NCBI GenBank assembly: GCA_016235455.1
Contig: JACRKZ010000106.1
Location: 1 to 63,768 of the forward strand
Direction: 5' to 3'
Source: Armatimonadota bacterium
Lineage (GTDB): Bacteria > Armatimonadota > UBA10988
DNA: 63,768 bases
The notes beneath the pieces were generated by a model, which saw nothing but the letters and a program-made list of their open reading frames with translations, was not told the DNA's origin and made no database searches. This document shows, one piece after another, positions 33,085-42,478 of the stretch (the stretch's first letter is position 1; each line of letters starts with the position of its first letter). A program made the position numbers and the translations under genes.

Positions 33085-33161
33085 ACCATCTCCTGGGCGT
33101 ACACGGCAGCCGCCTCCCCTTGCTGCCCGGGACCTCCGGTGCTGTCACACCACCGGTCCTG

Positions 33162-33191
33162 AGTCTACCACATGACCCTTGGTCACCACAA
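33162..33191 (-). promoter_or_regulatory. Internal promoter (TGGTAGACT extended -10) with palindrome TGACC-CTT-GGTCA in the spacer
   Basis: Extended -10 at 33162-33170; palindrome at 33173-33185. Confidence 0.45.
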
Positions 33192-34379
33192 TCACGGTGT
33201 CAGTTGCAGATTTGACGTGCGAATGATGTCCTGGGTCGGCAGCGCGACATGCGACTGAGCGGTGGAGGCGCCCAGCGTCGCGGTCAGATCATACGTGCCC
33301 GCGGGCAACCAAAGTCGGTACGTGCCGTCGGTCGACGTGGTGACCGTGGCGATCACCGGGGTCTGGTTGAGCACGCGCACCTCGACCAGCGCGCCGGCGG
33401 CGGGGGTGCCACCGCTGGTGCTGACCAGGCCGCGCACGTTGTACGGGCCGGCCGGCGGCGTGACCAAGGCCACCACGGTGAGCGGCAGGCTGGCCGTCTG
33501 GCCGCTGTAGCGGGCCGTCAGCGTGCCGCTGGCGCCCACGGTGGCCGACGCGGTGAACAGACCGGCCGCAGTGATCGTGCCTGTGGCGGCGGTGGCTTCC
33601 CAGGTGGCGGTCACCTGGGTCTCATTGTTCGAGGCGTCGGTCACAAAGGCCTTGAACTGGCGCTGCGTGCCGGCTTCCACCTGGATGGGATTGCCCGCCG
33701 GACGGATGGACAGGCCGGTGACCGAACCCACCACGGTGACCGAGGAGACGGCTGCGTCCGCGCCGCCGACCTTGGCCGTGACCGTGCCTTCGCCGGCATT
33801 GCGGGCCAGGAACAGGCCCGCGGCATTGATCGAGCCGATGCCGCCAGTGACGCGGTAGTCCACGAGGACGTCGGCGATCGGGTTGCTATCGACATCGAAG
33901 GCCGTGGCGGTGAAGGTGCGCGACTGGTTGGCCAGCAGCGAGGTCACCGTCGGATCGATGGTGACGTGGTCGACGAACGGCACGATGACCAGCGGCACGG
34001 TGGCGGTCAGATGGTGCGACGTCTCGGTCACGATGATGCTGCCGCGCAGGCCGACCGTGGCGTTGGGTCCGGCCTTGAACACGCCCGCGGTGAGCGTGCC
34101 GAACTTGTCGGCGATCTCCGCGGGGGTGGCGGCGACCCGAGTCATCGAGGCCGGCGGCACCAGTTCGAAGGTGTAAGCTGGCGTGGCGATGTTGGTCACC
34201 GTGGGGGTGATCGTCACCGACTGGTCGGCCTCGCTCGAGAAGGCCAGTGGGGTCACGGCCAGCGTGGCGGTCGGCGTGACCGGGCCACCGCCACCACCAC
34301 CACCGGCGCCGCAGCCGGCCAGCACAAAGGCAGCCGCCAGGGCCACCACAGCGATCCGCATCGAGTTCATGCTACGCAT
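33192..34379 (-). CDS. Lipoprotein with tandem Ig-like (Big_2-like) domains and C-terminal carboxypeptidase-regulatory-like domain
   Basis: Lipobox LAGC followed by poly-Gly; repeats GSINAAGLFLA and GTITAAGLFTA; STDGTYRLWLPAGTYDL. Confidence 0.8.
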   Translation of the reverse strand: MRSMNSMRIAVVALAAAFVLAGCGAGGGGGGGPVTPTATLAVTPLAFSSEADQSVTITPTVTNIATPAYTFELVPPASMTRVAATPAEIADKFGTLTAGVFKAGPNATVGLRGSIIVTETSHHLTATVPLVIVPFVDHVTIDPTVTSLLANQSRTFTATAFDVDSNPIADVLVDYRVTGGIGSINAAGLFLARNAGEGTVTAKVGGADAAVSSVTVVGSVTGLSIRPAGNPIQVEAGTQRQFKAFVTDASNNETQVTATWEATAATGTITAAGLFTASATVGASGTLTARYSGQTASLPLTVVALVTPPAGPYNVRGLVSTSGGTPAAGALVEVRVLNQTPVIATVTTSTDGTYRLWLPAGTYDLTATLGASTAQSHVALPTQDIIRTSNLQLTP

Positions 34380-34382
34380 GGA

Positions 34383-37300
34383 TTATCGCTCCACGACTAC
34401 CAGCCGGCTGGCGCGCGCCTGCTGTCCATCTTCGCCGAGGGCCACCAGGTCGAGCCGGTACACGCCGTTGGGCAGTGGCCGGCCACTGGCATCGGTGGCG
34501 GGGAACTCCAGAGCCCCGGTGCCGCGCGCCGCCGCGCGCCGGTCGGCCAGGGTGTTGATCAGCTTGCCGCCGCGGCTGTACAGCAGCGCCGTCACGGTAG
34601 CTGGGCCGCTGAGCGTGTAGTTGACGCTGCCCGAGCGGCTCCGCGACACCGCCGCCACGCCCAGCGAGGTGATCGTCAGGCGCCCGCCCAGACCGCGCGT
34701 CGCGGTGACGCGGAAGCGGCTCGAGGTCGAGGCCGCGGTGAAGGTGTACGCCGCCGTGCTGCGCATGAAGCGCTGGGTGCCGGTGGTCAGGTCGGTCAGC
34801 ACCAGCGACAGGTCGGCCGGCGCACCAGCGATGTTGGGCCAGCTCAGCGTCACCTGCCGGCCCGGCTCATCGCTCTCCACCAGCACATCCCAGGTGGTGC
34901 TGGTGGAGACCGTCTCACGCAGGTCGCGGGCATAGCGGCCGGTGCGCGCCCCCCAATCTTCGTGGGGGAAGGACACCGACACGTACTTGCCAAACGGCGG
35001 CGGCTTGGGTACGTCACGGCTGGTGTAGCCGGCGCCGGCGCCGGTCTGCACGCCAAACGCGGCCACCGTGTCGCGCACGCCGTCGGTGCTGGCGGCCAGG
35101 CCGACCTGCCAGGCGCGCGGGTCGGTCTGGGCCCGGCTGGTCTCTCGCTGGCGCGATTGCGACAGCGAGTTGGGGAAGATCAGCGTGGCGCCCTTGGTGC
35201 CGATGACGTTGATCCAGAAGCCCTGGTACGGCGTCAGCACGGCGGTCGGCGAGAGCAGCGAGTAGCCGCCGGCGGCGGTGTAGCCGAAGACGCCGCTGGA
35301 CACGAGCCCGGCGGTCTGCGCGTCAGCCAGGGAGACCGCGGCGGTGCCGTCCGGCGCCTGCACCTGCACGCTGCCCAGCGTGATGTTCAGGTCGGTATAC
35401 GGGTTGCCGAACTGCTGCCACCCGGGCGCCAGGAACAGCCGGTAGGGCTTGTCGCGGTCGACGGGCACGCCCTGGAAGTCGAGCGTCAGCGGCGTGCTGG
35501 TGCGGACGAAGAAGCCGTACCCAGGCTGGAACGGCGGCGTGCTCGGCCACTGGCGATAGATGTTGCCGTTGCGCCAGGGCTGCGCGCTGGTCACGGCGCC
35601 GTCGGCGCGCGCCAGCAGCAGATCGCCGCTGGGCACGCCGAGGATCTGGGCCAGGTTGCCGCGCTTGGCAAACGCCGGAATGGTGATCAGCGAGGTGCCG
35701 GCCGGAATGGTCTGGGTGATGCGGGTCGGCGTCTCTACCGGCGTGTCGAGGATCAGCGTCACCTCGCCGTTGGCCACATCGACGCCCGAGCCCAACAGGC
35801 CCAGGAACATGACGTTGCGGCGCAGCGTGTCCGTAGCGGACTCGCCGCTGGAGTCGGGGGTCCAGGTCAACGTGGCGCGCGCCGTCGTGGGCAGGCCACC
35901 GGGGATCTTGGTGCGGAACGCGCCCTGCACGACATCGGCGGTGACGCTGTCGCGGCCCGCGATCTCGATCTTGAGCTTGCCCTGCCGCCCGTTGGTGACC
36001 AGGCCGTAGAGGTCATAGCGCACTTGCGAGTCGCTGGCGGCCACATCGTTGGGGAAGTACAGCCGCCGGTCCATGCCGTTGAGCTGGCCGTCCACGACGA
36101 TGCGCTGCATCTGCACGCCCTGATCGCCTTCGATGTTGAAGAACAGCGGCACGGCGCTGCCGATGCCGGGCGAGTTGCCGGCCTCGCCGATGCCCGCCTG
36201 GATGCCGCCCTGGCCCGAAGCGCCTTCCACGGCGTTGTTCAGGTCGAACTCGTCAAAAGCGGTGTACTTGAACCGGACGGTGCCGCTCAGCGCGCGGGCC
36301 TCATTGGTGGACGTCGTCTCCCAGTGGTAGATGCTCATGGGGAACGAGTTGGTGGGCTCGCCGCTGATGAAGTCCTTGGCCACCGTGCCGAAGATGTACA
36401 GCTTGGCGCCGGGTACGAGGCTGGTGTCCAGGCAGTACTGGCGGGTGTACCAGTCGGCGAAGCTCAAGCCTTCGACGTCGGGCGCGAGCGTGGTCATCAT
36501 CTGGCGCAGTTGGGGGATGCTGAAGCGGATCGACGGGTCGCCGCGCAGCGCCGTGTAGTAGGCCGCGTTGAAATCGGCAAACAGCGTGGGCCGCTCGGCC
36601 AACACCTTGAGCCAGGCGGCCTGACTCATGTAGGCGCGGACGCTGGTCAGCGCGTCGCTCAACACCTCGGCCGTGGCGGCGGTGTCGGCGGCGCGGAAGC
36701 TCGGGCTCTCCAGACCGGGCTGGTTGAGCAGGTCGTAGTGGCCAAAGAGCAGGTTGAAGTCGCGCGCGAGGAAGCCGAAGCTGGGCTTGGTGTTGGCAAT
36801 GACCGTAAGCTGCGCGGCGCGGGCCATGCCGGCTTCCCAGGAGTCGTAGCCGATGGCCGCGTCGTCGCGGTAGGCCAGCAGCACGGCGTGGGTCAGCACG
36901 TAGAGGTCATACTCGTCGATGACCGTGGTGGTGGTATCCGTCGTGCGCGCGTCATTGAGCAGCTCGATGCGCAGCTCGTTGCGCGTGGCGTCGTAGGCCG
37001 CCATCTCCAGGCTGTTGAGCGTGGGATCGTGGATGACGCGCACGGTGTTGGCAAAGGCCGGCGCGCCCCACACCCGCAGCAGCTCCGTCTGGGCCGAGGT
37101 CAGGTAGGCCTGGAGCGCCGTCCTCTGGGTGGTCGACCAGGCCACCGCCGTGGTGTCGCCGGCGGGCTGCGTGAAGTCGAAGGTCAGCCGATTGGCGGGG
37201 TCGCCCAGCGTGCCAGTCTGGCGCGAGCGGTCCAGGTCGGGCGTGACCAAGCGGCCGGCGCGGCGGTGCACGCGGTTCTCCGGCGTGGTCGGCAGCGGCT

Positions 37301-37532
37301 GGTTGGCGGGCAGCAGACCGTGCTTCTGGAGCATGGTGAACCACGGCGGCGCCGTCCGTCGTGCACCCGGTGCGCGCACGGAACGATGCACGGGCGCGTC
37401 GTCATCGACCACGACGCCACCCACGGGACCGTTGGCCACGGTGTTCCACCGGCGACCGTCGGTCAGTTGATAGTCGGTACTACCCCAGGCGCCCATAGCC
37501 GGCAGAAGAGCCAGCAGCCAAGCCCATCTCAT
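34383..37532 (-). CDS. Large secreted protein with degenerate zincin-like region and C-terminal FlgD Ig-like domain
   Basis: Signal peptide; LTHAVLLAY...WEAGMA; LAPGWQQFGNPY, LTPYQGFW; C-terminal DASGRPLPNGVY. Confidence 0.72.
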   Translation of the reverse strand: MRWAWLLALLPAMGAWGSTDYQLTDGRRWNTVANGPVGGVVVDDDAPVHRSVRAPGARRTAPPWFTMLQKHGLLPANQPLPTTPENRVHRRAGRLVTPDLDRSRQTGTLGDPANRLTFDFTQPAGDTTAVAWSTTQRTALQAYLTSAQTELLRVWGAPAFANTVRVIHDPTLNSLEMAAYDATRNELRIELLNDARTTDTTTTVIDEYDLYVLTHAVLLAYRDDAAIGYDSWEAGMARAAQLTVIANTKPSFGFLARDFNLLFGHYDLLNQPGLESPSFRAADTAATAEVLSDALTSVRAYMSQAAWLKVLAERPTLFADFNAAYYTALRGDPSIRFSIPQLRQMMTTLAPDVEGLSFADWYTRQYCLDTSLVPGAKLYIFGTVAKDFISGEPTNSFPMSIYHWETTSTNEARALSGTVRFKYTAFDEFDLNNAVEGASGQGGIQAGIGEAGNSPGIGSAVPLFFNIEGDQGVQMQRIVVDGQLNGMDRRLYFPNDVAASDSQVRYDLYGLVTNGRQGKLKIEIAGRDSVTADVVQGAFRTKIPGGLPTTARATLTWTPDSSGESATDTLRRNVMFLGLLGSGVDVANGEVTLILDTPVETPTRITQTIPAGTSLITIPAFAKRGNLAQILGVPSGDLLLARADGAVTSAQPWRNGNIYRQWPSTPPFQPGYGFFVRTSTPLTLDFQGVPVDRDKPYRLFLAPGWQQFGNPYTDLNITLGSVQVQAPDGTAAVSLADAQTAGLVSSGVFGYTAAGGYSLLSPTAVLTPYQGFWINVIGTKGATLIFPNSLSQSRQRETSRAQTDPRAWQVGLAASTDGVRDTVAAFGVQTGAGAGYTSRDVPKPPPFGKYVSVSFPHEDWGARTGRYARDLRETVSTSTTWDVLVESDEPGRQVTLSWPNIAGAPADLSLVLTDLTTGTQRFMRSTAAYTFTAASTSSRFRVTATRGLGGRLTITSLGVAAVSRSRSGSVNYTLSGPATVTALLYSRGGKLINTLADRRAAARGTGALEFPATDASGRPLPNGVYRLDLVALGEDGQQARASRLVVVER

Positions 37533-37672
37533 CGAAGACCACTCCCAGATATCGGCGGCACTCGCGGCCGCGGTGGCGGACGCATCCGCTCATCGTCATC
37601 AGCCGAACACGTCCAACGCACGCGGCACCGGGCCTCTTCAACGGCGAGGGCCCAACTTGCGGCCGAACGGCA

Positions 37673-37689
37673 TTGTATGCATCATACAA
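37673..37689. promoter_or_regulatory. Operator-like palindrome TTGTATG-CAT-CATACAA
   Basis: Perfect 7-bp AT-rich arms ending 4 bp before the cbiX ATG. Confidence 0.55.
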
Positions 37690-37693
37690 CGTT

Positions 37694-38434
37694 ATGACGC
37701 GCACCGCTTTGGTTCTGGCGGCCCACGGGAGCCGCAGCTATCCGGCCAGTTTGGAGCCCTTACGGCGCCATGCCGCGGCCCTGGCCGAGTCGGGCCGCTG
37801 GTCGCGGGTCACGCCCGCCTTCGTCTACGGTGAGCCGACCTTGGCCCAGGTGGCCCAGGAACTGGACGACGCCGAGGTGGTGGTGGTGCCGTTCTTCATG
37901 GCCGAAGGCTACTTCACCAAGACGGTAATGCCCCGCGAGTTGGGTCTCGCGGAGCGGCCGCGGTGGCGCGTGACCCCGCCCTTGGGCTGTGCGCCGGGCC
38001 TCGACGACGTCGTCCTGCGCCGCTTGCGAGCGGCCGTGGGCGACACGCCGATCGCAAGCGTCGGCCTGCTGCTGGTGGGGCACGGCACCGACCGCGACCG
38101 CCGCTCACGCGACACCACCTTTGAGCACGCCGCGGCGCTGGCGCGGGTCGGGCTGGCGGATGTGCGCGCGGCGTTCCTGGAGGAACCGCCGCTCATCGCG
38201 CCGACTCTGGCCGAGTTGGGCGGCGAGGTGGTCTGCGTCGTGCCGTTGTTCGTGGCCGATGCGCTGCACACCATCGAGGACATCCCGCGCGAACTGGGCC
38301 TGGTCGGCGCGCCCGGCGATTGGCAGTCGCCAACCCGGGTGGGCGGCCGCCTGGTCCACTACACAGCGGCCGTCGGCAATGACCCGGCTGTGGCCGGGCT
38401 GCTCGGGGAGCTGGCCAGCGACGGGCAGACCTGA
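37694..38434 (+). CDS. cbiX: CbiX/SirB-type sirohydrochlorin chelatase (two-domain)
   Basis: LAAHGS, VVPFFMAEGYF, VGHGT, VVPLFVADALH..EDIP. Confidence 0.8.
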   Translation: MTRTALVLAAHGSRSYPASLEPLRRHAAALAESGRWSRVTPAFVYGEPTLAQVAQELDDAEVVVVPFFMAEGYFTKTVMPRELGLAERPRWRVTPPLGCAPGLDDVVLRRLRAAVGDTPIASVGLLLVGHGTDRDRRSRDTTFEHAAALARVGLADVRAAFLEEPPLIAPTLAELGGEVVCVVPLFVADALHTIEDIPRELGLVGAPGDWQSPTRVGGRLVHYTAAVGNDPAVAGLLGELASDGQT

Positions 38435-38435
38435 A

Positions 38436-39224
38436 TTAGCCCGGGCCGGCCTCGACATCGGCCGGGCCGCTCCGCAGTTCGGGGTCGACGCCGGTCCCGC
38501 CGAACCCCGGATCGTCCGACTCGCTGGCGTCGGGGTTGAAGGCCAGGCCCACATCGGGCTCGCGGCGGCTCGGCTCGTTGTCGGGCGAGAAGGCCGATAG
38601 CAGTTCCTCCTCGCTGAGCATCTTGGGCGGCGCAACCGGCGCGTGGCCCAGCAGCGAGTCCAGGTCGACCGCGCCCAGGTCGCGCGCCGGCCGCGCCTCG
38701 ACCGCTTCCGATGGCTTGGGCTGGGGCCGGAGGCGCTCCTGCTGCGGCGAGCGCAGGCGGTTGAGCCGGGCCACCACCTCCGGGTTCCAGGGCTCGCGAT
38801 GGAGCCACTCGCTCAGCGCGATGGTCATCTCCTCGGTGCGGCCCTGGTGCTCCAGCGCCGTGGCCAGCCGGTCGAAGCCCACCGCCGCGTTCGGGTCGCG
38901 CTCGAGCAACCGGCGCGCGCGTGCCTCCTCCTCCAGCCAGTGCTGCGCCTCGGCGCGTCGTTCGGCGATGCGCTGCCAGCGGATCCAGGCCGTTGAAGCC
39001 GACGCGGCCAGCAGCGGCGGCACCACCATGAACGGTGTGCCCCAGGCCAGAATGGTCAGCGTGAGCGCGCCCAGAGTGCCGGCCAGGAGCGCCATGGCCT
39101 CGCCGCAGCTCACCGTCTGGTCGACAAACCAGCCGTGGAACACACGGAACAGCACGACCCCGAAGGCCAGGCTCAGCAGCCCCACCGCGCTGACCAGGAT
39201 CATCGCGCCGCCCAGGTCCGCCAT
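38436..39224 (-). CDS. Membrane protein with TPR-like helical region and acidic tail
   Basis: AGGAG RBS; 2-3 TM segments; LERDPNAAVGFDRLATALEHQG. Confidence 0.6.
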   Translation of the reverse strand: MADLGGAMILVSAVGLLSLAFGVVLFRVFHGWFVDQTVSCGEAMALLAGTLGALTLTILAWGTPFMVVPPLLAASASTAWIRWQRIAERRAEAQHWLEEEARARRLLERDPNAAVGFDRLATALEHQGRTEEMTIALSEWLHREPWNPEVVARLNRLRSPQQERLRPQPKPSEAVEARPARDLGAVDLDSLLGHAPVAPPKMLSEEELLSAFSPDNEPSRREPDVGLAFNPDASESDDPGFGGTGVDPELRSGPADVEAGPG

Positions 39225-39294
39225 CGTGTCGCTCCTTCTCAAATGCCCAATGCGCCATACCCGCCGGGCGTTCACATGATAAGATGCCACGGCC

Positions 39295-40203
39295 ATGTCC
39301 TGCTCGACGGTGCTGACCATCGGATTCTTTGACGGCGTGCACCGCGGCCACCAGGTGCTCCTGGCCCGCGCGCGCGCTGCCGCCGACCGCCTCCACCTCA
39401 CCGCGACCGCGCTCACCTTCGACCTGCCGCGCCGCGAGGTCATCGGCCACCGTGGCCGGCAGCAGACCATCGACACCCTCGACGAGCGCCTGGAACGCCT
39501 GCGCGCCGCGGGCATGGCCGAGGTTGAGGTGATCCGCTTCACGCCCGGCTTCGCCCAGCAGAGCGGCGACCGGTTCGTGCAGGCCACACTGGTGGAGCAA
39601 CTCGGCGCGCGGCATGTGGTCGTCGGCCACGACTTCCGCTTCGGCCAGGGCCGCAGCTGCGGTGTCGACGATCTGCGCGCGCTGGGCCAGTCGCGCGGTG
39701 TCGAGGTGGAAGTCGTCGAGCCCCAATGCATCAACGGCGAGCGGGTCAGCAGCCGCGCGGTGCGCGAGGCGCTGCTGGGCGGCGACCTGGCGCGCGCCGA
39801 GCTGTTCCTCGGCCGGCGCTACGAGCTGCGCGGGCTTGTGGTGGAAGGTCAGCGCCTGGGCCGCAGGCTGGGCTTTCCCACGGCCAACATCGAGGTCGAC
39901 CCGCGCAAACTGCTGCCGGCCAACGGCGTGTACGCCGCCCGTTTTGGCACGGCGCGGCTGGCGCCGGCCAGCGCCGTGCTGAACCTCGGCTACCGGCCGA
40001 CAGTCGACGGCTCGGGCCGGCTCAGCATCGAGGCGCACCTGCTGGACTGGTCAGGCGACTTGTATGGCCAGGTGGCGCGCGTCGAACTCGTGGCGCGGCT
40101 GCGCGACGAGCAGCGGTTCGACGGCGTGGAGGCGCTCCGCGCGGCCATCAGCGCCGATTGCGATCTGGCGCGGAGCGTACTGGACGTGGGTGGTGGGGCG
40201 TGA
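39295..40203 (+). CDS. ribF: Bifunctional riboflavin kinase/FAD synthetase
   Basis: GFFDGVHRGH, VGHDFRFG, GRRLGFPTAN, GYRPT, IEAHLLD, LRDEQRF; TGATAAGAT 9 nt upstream with no SD. Confidence 0.96.
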   Translation: MSCSTVLTIGFFDGVHRGHQVLLARARAAADRLHLTATALTFDLPRREVIGHRGRQQTIDTLDERLERLRAAGMAEVEVIRFTPGFAQQSGDRFVQATLVEQLGARHVVVGHDFRFGQGRSCGVDDLRALGQSRGVEVEVVEPQCINGERVSSRAVREALLGGDLARAELFLGRRYELRGLVVEGQRLGRRLGFPTANIEVDPRKLLPANGVYAARFGTARLAPASAVLNLGYRPTVDGSGRLSIEAHLLDWSGDLYGQVARVELVARLRDEQRFDGVEALRAAISADCDLARSVLDVGGGA

Positions 40204-40260
40204 GACGTGGGCAGGAGCCTTGCGGCTTCCCACGTCCTGAGTCCCACCACCCGCGTCCAG
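40180..40260. repeat. About 80-nt imperfect hairpin built from inverted heptamer arrays between convergent genes
   Basis: GACGTGG-GTGGTGG-GGCGTGA-GACGTGG ... CCACGTC-CTGAGTC-CCACCAC-CCGCGTC. Confidence 0.65.
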
Positions 40261-40261
40261 C

Positions 40262-41851
40262 TTACTCGGCCAGGATGGCCTCCGCTTCGCTGCGGTAGGC
40301 GTCCATCACGTACGGGATGCCCGACACCTTGGTCGCTTCCTCGGTGAGCGACATCAGGTCCTGTCGGCCCACGGTGTTCAGCCGGAAGTTGCGGCTGCCG
40401 GCCATGAGCTGCTGCAGCCCGACCTTGATCTTCTTGGTGAAGCTGTAGATGCCGATGGCGCCCAGCGGCATGTCCTTGACGGCGTCACCGTACAGGCTCT
40501 TGACCTCTTCATACAGCCCGAAGATCTCCTCGATGCTCTCGCCGAACTCGGCCACGTTGCGCGGCAGGTTGCCCTCGGCGATCCAGGTGCCGATGTTCTT
40601 GCCGACGAAGCCCGGGATGGCCAGCGCGCGGCCCATGCACACCGCCTTGGTGTAGGGCGCGCCCATGGCCAGCGCCTTGAACACGCCGTCCTCGCCGGAG
40701 AAACCGCCGGCGATGGCGATGTCGGGCACGCGGATGCCCCGCGCGGACAGCGTGTCGCAGAACTCCTGGGTCAGCGCCTGCAGGTAGAAGGTGGGCACGC
40801 CCCACTCGTTCATCATTGTCCACGGGCTCATGCCGGTGCCGCCCGGCGCGCCATCGATGGTCAGCAGGTCGATCTGCGCCTCGGCACCCCAACGGATGGC
40901 CATGGCCAGCTCGGTCGCCGAGTAGGCGCCGGTCTTGAGGGTGATGCGCTCAAAGCCCAGTCGGCGCAGTCGCGCCACCTCGGCCATGAACGAGTCGCGC
41001 GAGATGAAGCCCAGCCGCGAATGGCGCTCGAAGGCCTTGATCTCACCGGCTTCCCAGGAGGCCTTGGTGACCGGCAGAGTCGGGTCGGGCAGAACGATGT
41101 AGCCGCGCTTCTTCAGTTCGAGGGCGCGCTCGAGCGTATCGACCTTGATCTCGCCGCCGATGCACTTGGCGCCCTGGCCCCACTTGAGCTCGATGGTGTC
41201 CAGGTGGTGCTTGTCCATAACGTACTCGGCCACGCCAAAGCGCGTGTCCTCGACGTTCATCTGCACCAGGATCTCGCCGTGGTTCTCCTGATAGCGCTTG
41301 TAGGTCTCGATGCGCCGGTCCATCTCCGGCGAGGAGACGATCTTGCCCGCGTCGTTGAGCTCAAGCTGCGGGTCGATGCCGCACACGTTCTCGCCGCAGA
41401 CCAGGGTGATGCCGGCGATGGAGGTGCCCACCGCGAAGCTCTCCCAGTTGCGCCGGGCAATGTCGGTGGAGCCCAGGGCACCGGTGAAGATCGGTACCTT
41501 CATCTTCACCTTCTTGGTCCAGCCGTATTCGGTCTCGGTGTCGACCGCGGGGAAGACCGCGGTGTCCGGGCCCGGCTCCACGCCCTCGGGCAGGCCCATG
41601 GCCCCAACGCCATAGCCCTGGATGTTGAGGTGCGAGTAGTCCACGGGGTAGTTCTTGTCCGCCCCGGCTGTCATTTCGCCATAACCCTTGGGATAAAGGA
41701 TCTCAGCCCCACGGAATGAGGCCAAAAAGACCTCGCAGCCGCCCTTGCAGCCGTCCACACAGCGGGTGCACAGGCCGGACATCGGCACCACGCTCTTGGA
41801 GCGGTTGGCGCTGCCGGTCGCCTCGTTGGCATTCGGTTGTCGCAGGTTCAT
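40262..41851 (-). CDS. Stand-alone FMN-binding glutamate synthase family protein (GltB2/archaeal-type)
   Basis: GGAGG RBS; CTRCVDGCKGGCE cluster, TGALGST, VCGEN, ELKWGQGAKCIGGE, DGAPGGTGMSP. Confidence 0.88.
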   Translation of the reverse strand: MNLRQPNANEATGSANRSKSVVPMSGLCTRCVDGCKGGCEVFLASFRGAEILYPKGYGEMTAGADKNYPVDYSHLNIQGYGVGAMGLPEGVEPGPDTAVFPAVDTETEYGWTKKVKMKVPIFTGALGSTDIARRNWESFAVGTSIAGITLVCGENVCGIDPQLELNDAGKIVSSPEMDRRIETYKRYQENHGEILVQMNVEDTRFGVAEYVMDKHHLDTIELKWGQGAKCIGGEIKVDTLERALELKKRGYIVLPDPTLPVTKASWEAGEIKAFERHSRLGFISRDSFMAEVARLRRLGFERITLKTGAYSATELAMAIRWGAEAQIDLLTIDGAPGGTGMSPWTMMNEWGVPTFYLQALTQEFCDTLSARGIRVPDIAIAGGFSGEDGVFKALAMGAPYTKAVCMGRALAIPGFVGKNIGTWIAEGNLPRNVAEFGESIEEIFGLYEEVKSLYGDAVKDMPLGAIGIYSFTKKIKVGLQQLMAGSRNFRLNTVGRQDLMSLTEEATKVSGIPYVMDAYRSEAEAILAE

Positions 41852-42029
41852 GGTTCCTCCCGAAACATAGAAGTACCCAGCCTGGAACGAGCACTGGTGC
41901 GGAAGTATGCCCGTACAACTCGACTGCCAGCGATCAATGACGGATCGGCCGAACACACGACTGTCCAAGCCGGGAACAAAGTCGGATCTTTCGGCTTGTG
42001 ACGACGATGCGAATGATGAGTCTATGTAC

Positions 42030-42057
42030 ACTTTATATTTCGATACCGATGGTGCAA
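42030..42057 (-). promoter_or_regulatory. Candidate promoter for the FMN-binding glutamate synthase gene
   Basis: TTGCAC-N16-TAAAGT in an AT-rich patch; implies a leader of about 170 nt. Confidence 0.45.
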
Positions 42058-42450
42058 ATTGTCTCCGTGGTGTGTCGCGACGCGGCGGCGACCGGGGATA
42101 CGGTTCGCTCGTCCGTAACAGCGCGGGTGACCTGCCACGCGTTCGGCCACCAGGTCCTGGCGGTATTCAGCCGCTGCCAGCGGGGCTGTCGGGCGGCTGA
42201 CGAGCCAAGGGCTGCCCTGGGTCACGACTCGGCGGCGCCAACGAACACCCGGTCGGTAACCTCCACGGCGACCGCTTGCTGATTTCCCGCGACATAAGGG
42301 CGACACACAAACGTTGCCTATTGAGCGTTGAGGGAGACACGCGGTGCGACGACCGGCGCTACCCCGTTCGACGCCGGATTGGCATGATCTTGGGTTCATC
42401 ATAACGAAACGCCGTCGTAACGAAGCAGGGCATTGGCGGCGGGGAGAGCT

Positions 42451-42478
42451 TTGCAGTTGTCGCACCCGTGGTTATAAT
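42451..42478 (+). promoter_or_regulatory. Sigma70 promoter of gltBD
   Basis: TTGCAG-N16-TATAAT. Confidence 0.7.

Noticed and set aside
33249-37697. 1482-aa plus-strand ORF, and similar long ORFs at 4725-8198, 9652-13113, 21230-23785 and 44611-47292
   Set aside because: They are antisense shadows of well-supported genes; high GC suppresses stop codons, and the translations have no motifs.
42379-42395. Sigma54 promoter TTGGCATGATCTTGGG
   Set aside because: It gives GG-N10-GG rather than GG-N10-GC, and the TT is misplaced.
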